Assembly (NCBI GenBank): GCA_026914245.1
Contig: CP110440.1
Location: 3,038,001 to 3,102,000 of the forward strand
Direction of reading: 5' to 3'
Origin: Puccinia triticina
Lineage: Eukaryota
Length of the DNA: 64,000 nucleotides
Shown: positions 38,022 through 49,625 of the stretch, piece after piece
Position numbering within the stretch: position 1 is the stretch's first letter
Layout: the number at the start of each line of letters is the position of its first letter
Notes under the pieces: model-generated
Seen by the model: only the letters and a program-made list of their open reading frames with translations
Database searches by the model: none
Told to the model about the DNA's origin: nothing
Position numbers and translations under genes: made by a program

Positions 38022-41000
38022 TTACTTCTGGTCAATAATGTCCCCGCAAGAGAAGAACCTCTTTACTTGATCCGCAGCAAAGCGCCGCTTCAGCTCCGTG
38101 CCGTCGAATTCCGCCAAGACGTAAGAACCGCCTTGAACATTCTCCACGACGCAATATGGACCGTTCCACTGATGCACAAACAACTGGCCCCACTGCACTT
38201 CCAGTGAGCGGTTGTAGGCAAGGACCTGATTGCCCGGCTTGAGTGGTTCCCGAATCCGTGACGTGTTCTTCTCCTCCCAGTATCGTACCGATTCACTTCA
38301 AGCATCCATCATCTTCTTATATGCAACTTCACACGTCTCCTTGCTTTGTTCCAGTTGAAGAGAACGCGCGGCTAGCAAACCGCGGTATCCTGGAAAGGGT
38401 CCCAATTGACCCCTAGATAAGACTTGATTTTGAAATCCAGCGGCAACACCCTCTGCTGGCCAAAAACTAACTCGTAGGGAGAGTACCCAGTCGTTCTCTT
38501 AGTCAAAATTTGATCAGCAAACAGAACCAACGGCAAAAATTTCCGACAATTCTTGCCGCTTTTGCCCGCTAACTTGACTAGAGCTGCCTTCAGAGGGCTG
38601 TGGCCACGTTCCACCATCCCTTGGTGTGAGCCTCAGTCTCTATAGTGACAGCAGGACACAAGAAAATGGGGGGCAATATTTGGATTTCTTTGGATAAAGA
38701 AAATACAAATATAAGAGAGAGAGAGAAAGAGAGAGAGAAACTGAGCACATTCAAGATAAGCAGGTATTCAAGGTTATTATGGTGGGAATGCACGTCCACT
38801 GGCAATGCTAACTCTTCAGAAGAGTGCTGCCAAGCTGTGCTAGAGAGTGCTACAGCCTCCTCTCACCAAAGAAACGTGGAGGGCTTATGGATTAGACAAG
38901 TACATTAATCCAGCCACATTCTTTTAGCTTCCATCTGGATAGTCAAGGTTCTTCAAAGGGAAATTTATGTGGTTTGTTTCTTGCAAAAACCACAGAAAAA
39001 GAATGAAGATATGAAGGGACAGCCCTGTGATCAAGTAGAGGCAAAGGCCAGCAGATATGGAGGGACAGCCCTGTGATCAAGTAGAGGCAAAGGCCAGTAG
39101 ATATGGAGGGACAGCCCTGTGATCAAGAATAGGCAAAGGCCAGCAGAAAAGAACAGATCAAGCCAGACACAGAGTTTTACCTCTGAGATAACAAAGTTCA
39201 GTGGAAGAGGTTACGCACTGTCAATATCCCAGGTGCCTGTGACTGTAGGTATACTGAGAGTGTTGTAATCTCTTTGGTGGTGATCCTAGGGTTATCTGGG
39301 GTGTGGTTCTGGTGTGCTGAAGTCTGTGGATCCTCCAGCTGCATGGGGGATCCTGACTTTGAAAATTTTCAAAGTTGGATGACATAATCACACATGTACA
39401 TGTGGTTTGGAGCGCTCAGGAGCAACTACAAGGCGCTGCTGCGCATGCATGTCACAAACCACAAACTCTATAAAGGAGTAGAGATATTGGAAAGTGATCA
39501 GTGAACACTAAGGTCAAAATTGCATGAGAAATCAGAATCTGAAGTCAAAACAACCTGACGTCTTAAGGATAAAACGATATAAACACATTTAGGTATAAAA
39601 TGGAGATAAAAGGCAGACTTTAGGCCAGCTGCGCTGGCTCCAAGGCTGACACTTGGCCTTCAGGGTAGTACAGCGTAGAAACACAATGTTGTCCAGGTAG
39701 TGCTTTTAACATTGCCACTAGTGCGCCGCCAAATTCTGAGCTGCCGTCCGTCATGTAGGCTTGCGCTAAGCCATAGCACATAGTCCAGTGCTCCTGTAAA
39801 AAGGAGGCCACCGCCTCTGACGTCAGATTGTTGAGAATTTTAGCTTCAACCCAGCCTGAAAAGTTGTCCTGCGCTACTATCAAGTACTTAGCGCCACCCG
39901 CCTTGAGATGCACGGTGTCCATAGATACGCGTCCAAAAACCGTAAAATTGCCCGTGGGATAGCGCAGCTCCTGCGGGCGCCTGAGATCTTTCTTCTGGCA
40001 GGCCTTGCAGCTCTGACACCACCTAGCCACCGCCTCCTTCAACAACGGCCACCAAAAGCGCTCCACAACTCAACGGTATGTCTCCGTGGAGCCCCTGTGG
40101 CCCAGATCCTTGTGAAGCTTGGTCAGTATCTCTTGCTGCTTTAACGGAATATTCACTACAATACGAGGTAGGAGACTCCCCCGCTTCATCAGTCGTCCAG
40201 CTTGCAAGAAAAAAAACAATGAGCGGCGCTTCAACGTGCGAAACTCCTTGGCGTTCATTCCCTCTGGCCTGAGCAAAGTGGCTAGGAACTGCTCCAAGTT
40301 GCGCCAGTAACCTTCCTGATAGCCAGTGTAGACGTCCTCCGTACCCGCCGCATAAGGATGTCGCGCCTTGATGTGCGGGGATTCTTCTTCAAAATCAGAG
40401 GGGGGGTCCAACTTGTCATCTCCACAAGGGCGCCGAGAAAGGCCGTCAGGCATGGTGAAAGATTTCCCTGGCCGGTGCACAATTTCAAAGGAAAAAAGCT
40501 GAATAAATGGGACCCAGCGCGTCATAGGTGCGTTGGGTAGACTCGGAGCGTTAATCATTTCAATCAACAAATGGGCATCCACCTGTAATTCAAAGTGCTG
40601 GCCCCACAGAATGGTCTGCATCTTTTTTAGAATACGCGCCATGCAGCAAAGCTCCAGTTTAGGTTGGGAGTAGCGCGACTCAACGTCAGAGAAAAGTAGG
40701 GACTCATACAGGGCTGGCCGGTCCAACCCATTTGCATCCGCTTGAGTGAGAACAGCACCCGCAGCGTCAAAGCTGGAGTCTACCGCTAACTTGAGCCTGC
40801 CCGCCTCTGGCCCGTAGATAATTTTCACCATAACTATATCCTGGCCAACAATAGTCTTCAAGCGTTTGAACGCCGCACTGCAATCTTCAGTCCAGATCCA
40901 TTTGGAATCCTTGCGCATCAGGTGGCGTAGTGGGAGAAAAATTTTGGACAAGTGCGGTATGAAGATTCACACATAAACCACCACGCCCAAGAATCCACGC

Positions 41001-42090
41001 ACTTCTGTAGGGTTCACCGGTGTCGGCCAGGAGAGAATCTTATTCATCTTAGTCTGCAACATCTTGCGGCCCTCCTTACACACCACGTGCCCAACAATCT
41101 CAAGAGCAGGGACGCAAGCCGCTAACTTTGAGGCTGAAACTGTTAAGCCGGATTCTTCAATGCGGAAAAGGACCCGCTCAAGAGTAGTCGCATATTCCCG
41201 TATGAAGCGCCGGATTCCAGGGTGCCAGGGAAGAAGCTCATTGTTGTACTCAGAAAAAGGGCCCCTGATCCCGCCATCATCTATGAATATGCTGGCGTGA
41301 TCGGGGATTTCTTCTTGTAGGATCCGTGCCATTTGCGCCTGATACACGGCCACCGAATTCGTGGCCCCCTGGGGCAAATGCGTAAGCTGAAAGCGCCCTA
41401 GGGGCGTGTTGAACGTCGTCAAGGGTCTAGAGATGGGGTCTAAAGCGCGCTTGTTGTAGCCGCCCATAATATCTCCTAACCTGTAGCAGGCTCTTCCGGC
41501 GAAGGATTCGACAAATTCCTCTGTGGCTGGTGGGATGCCTGCATCCTTGATAGTCACCTTATTGAGGGGCTGAAGGTCATGAACCACACAAATCTTGCCG
41601 TTGCTTTTAAGAACACAGAAAACCGGAGACGTATAGCTCAACGTGGATTGCTCGTAAATTCCCGTTTCAATGCGCCTGCGAACCACTTTAATGAACTCGT
41701 CCAACTTCGCCGCGGGAATAGGAATCTTCTTCTTCTGCCACTGCTTGTGCTCCACAACCGGGATGATATAAGGAAGACCGTAGGATTCCTTCAACAACCC
41801 CCGTGAAAGCTATGGCCAGATTGCGTTCAGCCAGCACATACTTAATAAGATCAAGTCCTGCAGGGCGCAACCAGCCTTCCGGACCAAAATCAACCACTGC
41901 AAGGCGCTCTTGAGTCACCCTTCCTTGAGGTACAAAAGGCCCCGCTAGCGACTGGGGAAGGCAGCAATAAGGGTCACGCGACAGCAGGGGACAACGGAGA
42001 GGAGGGTGGAGATTTTGAGGCATTGACTGATTGACCGGCTTGATCTTCTTGGCTACCGGTTTGTACTTTGCGGCAAAGGACAAAAAATCT
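38022..42090 (-). pseudogene. pol: Gypsy-C RT-RNase H-integrase
   Basis: LPQGATNS and FIDDG (RT); VDSS and YSQPKLE (RNase H); H..GH..C..C and YYPEGQG|MVERGH (integrase). Ends ..DQVKRFFSCGDIIDQK* at 38022. Confidence 0.92.
38625..39651 (-). repeat. Solo LTR (tRNA-Pro family) inserted in Gypsy-C integrase
   Basis: TGTCAGCC...GGCTCACA on the minus strand with perfect TSD CTTGG. Removal restores YYPEGQGMVERGH. Confidence 0.95.
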
Positions 42091-43424
42091 CCGTTGCGCC
42101 ACGAATTCACTAGCGCCAGCTGAGATCGTACCCTGAGACCACATTCCAGCATCCTCCATGTCTGGTGCTCCGCAAAATCTTCAAATGGCGCCTTGTCTGC
42201 AAATGAAGAAGGGAACCCCAACACTTTGCTCACAAGTGTGGCACGGGATAGAGTTTTTGACGAAGAGGCGGCATCTTGCCTGGAGGTGCACAATTGGGAG
42301 GAACTTACTTTTAGTTCTCCCATCCTCCGTGTTATACCAAAATACACAAAACCTCCCTCCGCCGCCATCCGGTAAGTCGCTAGTTTCACCTCATTGCGGA
42401 GGATCTTTAGTTTTCCCTTGTTGCAGAGGCTCAGGAGTTTAGACTCATCGCGGAGTCGGACTAGATTACCCTCATTGCGGAGGAAATCATAGGAAGTATC
42501 TAGTTTATTCTCATTACGGAGACTAGTCAGAATTGAAACTGACGCTAGTTTTCCCTCATTGCGGAGGCGTGACTGATAGGATGAAGGGCCAGCTGGGGAG
42601 TAAATGCAAAGCAATTTGACGAAGGGGCTCACATATGTGTAAGGACTCCAATTAGGGGAGTCCTTCACTGTCCGTTGAGTGGGGGACACAGAGGAGAACC
42701 TCGAGGCGAGATTCTAGTTCACGGGTCTGTATTGCTGATAGGACGGGACAAATCTAGCCGGGAGAGATATGGTCGCGGTGATCTCTCCGTAAGTACATGA
42801 ACAAAAATGGGAAGAGACAGAAAACAAGTAAAGAGGAAGGGAAAAGGAAAGAAACGGCTTACCTAGCCGGGAGAGATATGGTCGCGGTGATCTCTGCCGG
42901 CTAGGAGGGGGAAATGAGAGCTACAAGATATACGTGGCCGGATGGGGTTCATGTGATACCTCTTTTGAAACCTAGCGGCGCGCGGGGGCTTCACAATATG
43001 TGGCATGTAATGTTTTCAACAGTGCAGTGGAGCCCTGGGAGGTGCATAACTGGGAGGAACTTACTTTTAGTTCTCCCGACCTCAGCACCAATTCTTTTTC
43101 CTCCTCTCCAACCGCTTTTCCCAAACCGTCCATCAAAAGGGAGGCCCCAGGGCCCTGAAACACGTCCAAAGCTTCAGATGATTTGGTAGAAACATGAGGA
43201 GACTGAAAGGAAACTATTGGGGAAACTGAAGAGCCAAAAGAAATGATTTTTTTTAAAGTTTTGAGAGTTTTCTGCATGTTTTTTGACTTTTTCTGCCTGG
43301 TTTTCCTGATGAGAATGAGAACAAAAAGAGAAATAGCGCCCATGAGTTCCTAGGGGTGAAGTTGATCCAGCGGCAAGATTTTGGAACTCTAGATTAGATC
43401 TGCCGCCTCCCGGATCAACCGCGT

Positions 43425-45708
43425 CTACAAAAAATGACAGCCCTCCAAAGGGTTGTCACAAGCCTTCCCTTTATGAGAAAGGACAGCCTTGCAACCATGC
43501 CCGGGAAAGTCACGCTTCCAGCGTCCGGAATCCACTGAGCATAAAGAGAATTCAATCTTGTGGCCTGTTGAGTCCGGCAAAAGAATCCGCTTGCCCACTT
43601 GATTGTCAAAGTTCAAGGTTGCATTGAAATCCATGAGAAACGGTTGACCAAAAATGAGAGGCCCATCCATATGTGTGATCCAGAAATGACACAAGCCAAA
43701 AATTGTCTTCCCCACTCAAATTGGAACATCTTCCGCGACCCCAATGAATTCACACGCCTGATTTCCGATCCCATACACCGCAGAGCTGAAATTCACGCAA
43801 GGACTAATGTTGAACTTATTAGCCATGGTCAACTGAAAACCAGAGTCAATTAATGGGAGGGCGTTACTCTCCTCTTCGCCAACCAGACACGGCATATTTC
43901 CCAATGGGCAGGAATAGAGCCTCATGCCGTCAATCTGTCCTTCTCCTTCCGAGTCTTCCGCCAGCGTCCCAGACAACACCCTCATCTTTTCCGCTCCAAC
44001 CTTGACGCGCCAACGCGAAACCCACTTCTTCATCCCTTCGGCCACTGACGGGGCCATGGCCAACAACTCGGATATGGTGACATTTGGCACAGTGACGTCA
44101 AACATCTTCTTGAGTATCACATCCGCTGCGTCAGGGTGATCCTTGACAATGCCGCACTCAAAGCGCACCTTAGAGGGCGGAGTTGTTGGCTTCGATGTTC
44201 CTGACGTTGGTGGAGCGTCCTTCTGTTGGTCTTCCGTCTCCGAAGTAGTGGGGACAACCGGCACGCGTTCAAAAAGCTCAGGTTCATGCTCCATGTCTTC
44301 AGTGCCAGATCCCGTCTTAGGCAACGCCGCTCTCTGCAATGGCTGACGTGTGACGGATGGAGGTACTGCTGGGGCATTGAAAGGTTTTGGGGCTTTGTGC
44401 TTCTTGTGAGCGGGGTCGGACTGATAAGCGCCTGAGAAGGAATGGGAAGAAACAGGGGGCGGCCGCCAAGGATCAAGGGACCCGCACGTAGTCCTGAACT
44501 TGACCTTGGAAGCACTAGCCGTAGCGGCCTTTGGATTGTAGGACGCTACGACTTGTCGGATTGTGTTATGAGCTGCACGCGCGCGCCATACCTATCACAA
44601 GACATGTTGTACATATAGCACATGTCACAAGTTTCTCCCATGAGGAGGAGCGGGGGAGAGATCCTCACACTCTCCCCATCTAGCAATTTATCAACTAGCT
44701 AGAAGAACCCCACCTGACCCAGCTTTCTCCCTAAGACCGACCGTAACAGATTGGCCGAGAGTTATCCACGGGGATGAGCGCACCGTTTGGAAGGAAAAAA
44801 CTTCCTCCGCGCTGCTCCACAAACTTAGCCTCTTTGTCTTTCTGCGGCTCCGCGCACCGACCCAGTCCATGGCCCTCTCTATGGCAATAGTAACACACCA
44901 TGGGTCCTCTGGGCGTTGACAGGCGAGTTTGAGACGCTAACTTCTGCTCAAACAACTGCAACATCCGCTTGATCTTGTCCACAGTAGCCGGAGCTCTAAC
45001 TTGACTGGGAGCCTCTCTAGGACAACGGTCGCATTTGATCTTCTGCATGACTTCGTTCAATTCCTTGAACAAGCCGGAGGTGACCGGGACCGCCGCGCAG
45101 GACCCCCCGAACGCAAGCGCAGTCTGAGTCTTCATTACCTCTTCAACCGCTTTCTTCAAGACCTCAAACAACGGGAGATTAAAATGATTATCTTGCGTAG
45201 TAATCATTGTTCTATCCTTGATTAGTTGGTCGCGGATCTGTTCCTGAAGCCCGGCCAAGAAGGACTGATAATAGAGGTGCTTGATCTCTTTGTCCGAGTC
45301 AACATGATCCTTCCTCAGCAGGTAAGATTGAATAGGCTGCCAGGTCTTCTGCAATTCCTGAAAATCAATCACAAAAGCCACACCACCTTTCTCCTTCCAT
45401 CCCTGGACCAGATTCTCAAGGTCCTGCGTTGTAAACCAAGCAATATTGATTTTGCCCCAATAAGCCAACATTGCTGCTTTCAATGCCGTCCAGTTAGGTG
45501 GTTTGAAACCATCCAGCGTCTCAACAACGTCCTTCACTTCAGCACTTCAAATGAAAAAGCGCACTTGTTGCGCCATGTCGGTCTCTGATGCTCCGTCCAG
45601 TTTTGCCGCAAATTGGAATTCGGAAAGAAATCACTCCACATTCAAACCATCAAAGCCCAGGGTCTTGTCCTCCGGCTTGATCTTCACCATACAAGTCTCT
45701 TCGGCCAT
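43425..45708 (-). pseudogene. gag: Gypsy-C gag and protease
   Basis: ATG at 45708, zinc knuckle CYYCHREGHGLGRC, protease LIDSG...LIFGQPFL. Confidence 0.85.
44564..44748. repeat. 185-bp Copia-type solo LTR in Gypsy-C gag
   Basis: TGTTA...TAACA termini with perfect TSD GATTG. Removal restores SRPI|RQVVASY. Confidence 0.85.
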
Positions 45709-45915
45709 TGTCAAGATCCCTTAAAACAAATGCGGCAAATTTGAAGGGCTCACGGACGTGGCAATGTAATGTCTTGACTTGTAGCGGAAAACCCGCGGAG
45801 GTGCACAATTGGGAGGACTTACTTCTAGTCTCCTACGCCTCCGCTGCTGAACCCTAAAAAAAAATTAAAAATAGAAAACAAAAGACCACCAAGCGTCTCA
45901 AAACCGTTCAAATTG

Positions 45916-45966
45916 GCAAGACTGTAAATCTTGAGGTCGCTGGTTTGATCCCGGCTCGGGGGACCA
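45916..45966 (+). other. Extended PBS: 3' two-thirds of a mature tRNA-Tyr(GTA) including CCA
   Basis: GCAAGA-CTGTAAA-TCTTG-AGGTC-GCTGG-TTTGATC-CCGGC-TCGGGGG-A-CCA, i.e. anticodon arm, T arm and CCA, 2 nt from the 5' LTR. Confidence 0.88.
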
Positions 45967-46951
45967 AATGAGGAACTCCGTCCGGTGCTAAGCCGGCGGC
46001 AGTTGGGGGAGGGGAATGGAAAAGAAAAGAAAACTAAGATTTATATGCCCTCCGGGGTGATTGGCTGTGAATGAGCGCGGTGAGTCCTGTAAGCGTGGGG
46101 GGGGGATGATTTTCTGACGGCTGGAGTGGCGCGTTGGCAATTTTTGTTTGAGAGAGAGAGAGAGAGCCAGGGATACTGCCGACGGGGTTGTGATCTAAAT
46201 CAGATAGTTGGAGGAGATTGGCGTTGCGGGGAAAAATGAACCTTAAAGACGTCGGAGTACTGGTGTAACTTAGCCTTTCAATTGATCAATCACTAAAATT
46301 TTGGTTCAGAGTGGGTCCATGCCGCTCCAAAGCCTGAGTTTGAACTGAACTCAAACCTTGGAGTTTGTGACATCTCACAGACATCTCATCACAACCTAGC
46401 GCGCACACGCGCGCAAAAACAAACAAAACAGCAGGAACAAAACAAAACAAAACCATAAACAACCCTTCTCATCCAAAACCTAACCAAGACGCGCATATAA
46501 GAAAAGATAAAAACAAACATGATGAAAAAGAAACTGACATGAGAAAACAAAACCATAAAAAAAATGGAAACAAGAGAAAAAAAGAAAAAGAAAACCTGAA
46601 ACGCCTCGAGGTGAGGATACACGCCACGCCGCGCCATTGAAACTGAGAAAGCCTTGAAGTTTGAGAGCTTGAGGCCTTGATGTCTTGAAACTTGACGTCT
46701 GCTGGCGCGCGCCATGCGCGTAAATCTTGATCCCCTACGTGTGTACCAGTTTGTCCACAACAACGCATCATCAACCTGGCGGGTACAATCAACATCCCTA
46801 TCCTTCCACAAAGCACGGGTACGCAGACCACAAACAGCCTCATCTTCAAGGCAACTGGAGAGGATCAGGGAGGAACTGGAGACACTCAGCGGGTTCTCCA
46901 GATAGGAGAATATCTCATGAGAGCCACACAAGGAGTTAGGAGAGGCTACGG

Positions 46952-49329
46952 TTGAGGGAGAGCCAGAGGGAGAGGCCCATATTAGTAGATTCTTTACCTA
47001 AAAGTTCCTTAAGTAGTGATTCTCCCTTAGGTCTTAGTTTAGACATTGATAATCTCTCTGATCCTTCTAATAGAGAATTTTCCCTCAACAATCTCAACAA
47101 TGAAATGTCTAGAAATGGCCCCTTGTTTCTAGAAGAAAAGCTACAAGTCTTGTTCTCTAAATTTCTATCTGAATTATCTGGCACTGTTGAAACCATTCCT
47201 GGTACACTTCTTGAATCTTGTGTTAGCAACTTTAAAGAAGTGTTAAATGATTCCATTCTTGATCTCTATAAAAGTGAATTCATCCCCTTCTTACTAGACC
47301 CAATCCTGAACAACATAGGAGAAAGTGCCAGAGAGAAATCCAATGTGAGCAACAATGTGTTAGAACAAATGAAAAAACACATGGATGAGAAATTTGAGAC
47401 TATCCAAGATCTGATTCTGGTAAATGAATCACAATGCTATTCCAACATGGACAACATTGGCCAGAATTTGAAAGGACTTGAAGAGAAACTGTTGGAATTC
47501 TGTCTCCAATCATCTCTAAAATCCCTACACTTTCTCCTCCCACCATTTCACTCACTTTATCCTCCTCTACGGGCTTGTTTTCAGATCAAAGATATTCTAC
47601 ACTTATGAGTCCACATACTATGGTCTGCTTGTATTTAGTGGTCATGTTTGCTCACCATACTAGCCTTGTTGACTTTGCTCCTTGCCTAGATTAGTTTGTC
47701 AAACTTTCCCAAATCCTTCTTATCCTCTTGTGTGCACACTCTCTGCTGGGAATGTTGATGTACCTTTTGACATGTTACAATGAGTTGAGAAGTTTCTTAT
47801 TCATTTTATTCTCACCCACAAGTTGATGCCATGTACATAGTCTACATAACCATAGCCTAGTCCAGAGTAATCAACTCATTAGTTCTCTCCTTCTTTTTCC
47901 GCTCCGCCTCTGAGCCGCATCCGGTGATTCATCCATCATCACCGCCCCTTTTATCGAGCACCCTCAAGAGCTCTTCTATTTCTCGTCGCCGGCAAAAATT
48001 CAAAATCCCAACAGAAACTGGATCACAACCTTTCATCCATTGGCAATCAGATTAAAGATCTTCATGCTAATGAACACAACAGGTTTGAAAAATCCAAGAG
48101 AAGATTCAGTGATATATCTTCTGTAATAAATTCTGTGAGCTCCAAATTAGATTCTTTAATGACCCCAAAGGACAGAGAGCAGCCCCCACACCTCTTGTAC
48201 AATAACCTTTTTCAGAATGTCCGTCATGAACAACAGCAAGAACAAAGAGCCCCTCCACCTGTCCCTACTCCTGAACCTCAAAGACCATCCAGAGATAACT
48301 TCTCTAAACCTGCAAGCAATGCTACTTATAATGCAACTGCACCATAAGAATTCCCCTACATTGATCATGAAGCAGTGGACTTTGAGTTGAGGAAAGAATT
48401 GTGGAAAGGTATCCCTAAGAATGGAGACTGGGAGAAATTCTCTGGAGAATTGCCTTACAACCATGAAATTTGGATCAAAAACACTGATATCCTTGTCAGA
48501 GACTACTTGATGCTAGATAATATGATAATCAGTAGATTAACAATCTTGTTGACTGACACTGCAAGGAATTGGTACCTAGGCATCAGAGACCAGTATGGGA
48601 ACAAATCTTGGGCCTTGTGGAAGAATGCCATCGGAAATAAGTTTGGCACTGAGAACTGGAAATGGAAAATGCAACAGGAGTTTGAAAGTGATCACTTTGC
48701 CCATGATGGGAGAAAAATCCATAAATGGTTTGGTAACCAAAGAGAAAGACTGAAAGCTTATCAACCTGAACTCAGTCAGTATCTCATTTTTGAGAGATAT
48801 TAAAACAATGCCCTCCAAATCTTGAGCATGCTATTAAAAGCAGATACAAAAGAGATGCACTGAAATGAGCTTTGAGGATATAGTTATAATTGCTGAAGAA
48901 GTCATAGACAGAGTCATGAAAAGGAACAAGCCTGTGACAAACAATTACAATGCTCCAAACAGATCCCAATGGAGAAATAATCCTGCCCCTGAGAAACCTG
49001 ATAAGCCAAATGACTCCTCTTCAAAAAGGAATCATGTCTCTGCACCTGAGAAGGAAAAACTTATATGTCATTTCTGCAAAAAAACTGGCTCCTTCTCCAG
49101 GGAATGCCCTAAGAAGAAGAACAGAATCAATAATGTAAGAATGGATGACAATGATGATCCCAAGAGTGACAATGGAGAAGATCAAGGTGAGCCACAAAAG
49201 TCTGAATCAGAACAAGATGAAGAGGAAGAGAACCATAGAACCAACCACATGATCCTTGCCATGGACAATGGAAATGGTGCCAATTATGATCCATTAGTTG
49301 ACTTTAATTTTGGAGCACATGCTGTAGAA
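46952..49329 (+). pseudogene. gag: Gypsy-B gag, with a ~0.5-kb foreign insert near 47501-48000
   Basis: WEKFSGELPYNH and LTDTARNWY capsid-like motifs, zinc knuckle CHFCKKTGSFSREC. Ends GAHAVE at the Helitron junction. Confidence 0.85.
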
Positions 49330-49625
49330 TTCTTCTCTCAACCTTAAACGACAAAACTTGCCGCGCAAAAAAAGCAAGACCACCACGGAAGGACCACTGG
49401 TCCTCCCTGGATCTGCCATCAACCCAACACCCCTCTGGATGCACAAACGGGCTACCTTTTATACTTTTTGACCTGTCTCCACAGCCTGCATTTGCAATGC
49501 CACTTTCCCTCCGGCTGAGGCATCTTTGCCGCTGCATTCCTTTTGCTTCCATTTGGCGTGTTGCCAAAGCATTCTAGAATAACCTCCATTGTTTCCCAAC
49601 ACCAACTCCCTTGGCAGCCAACTGA

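Larger units (their letters stand above)
37030..46762 (-). mobile_element. Full-length decayed Ty3/Gypsy primed by tRNA-Tyr (Gypsy-C)
   Basis: LTRs 45969-46762 and 37030-37835, 4-bp TSD ACGC (37026-29 / 46763-66), PBS, gag, PR, RT, RNase H and integrase. Confidence 0.95.
36070..46955 (+). pseudogene. Accessory ORF between Gypsy-B PBS and gag (36070-37029 + 46767-46955)
   Basis: 209-aa ORF, then a P/Q-rich tract. The frame joins across the insertion (FRPNT|HHQPGGY) and, after a frameshift, ends LQIGEYLMRATQGVRRGYG*. Confidence 0.5.

Noticed and set aside
37944..38028. Four-copy motif as a known ribozyme (hammerhead, hairpin, HDV)
   Set aside because: No CUGANGA/GAAA core, no hairpin-ribozyme helix 2, and HDV P1/L3 geometry is not conserved across copies; kept as an unknown motif.
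45916..45966. Functional tRNA-Tyr gene
   Set aside because: It lacks the 5' acceptor strand and D arm, has encoded CCA and abuts an LTR, so it is a PBS.
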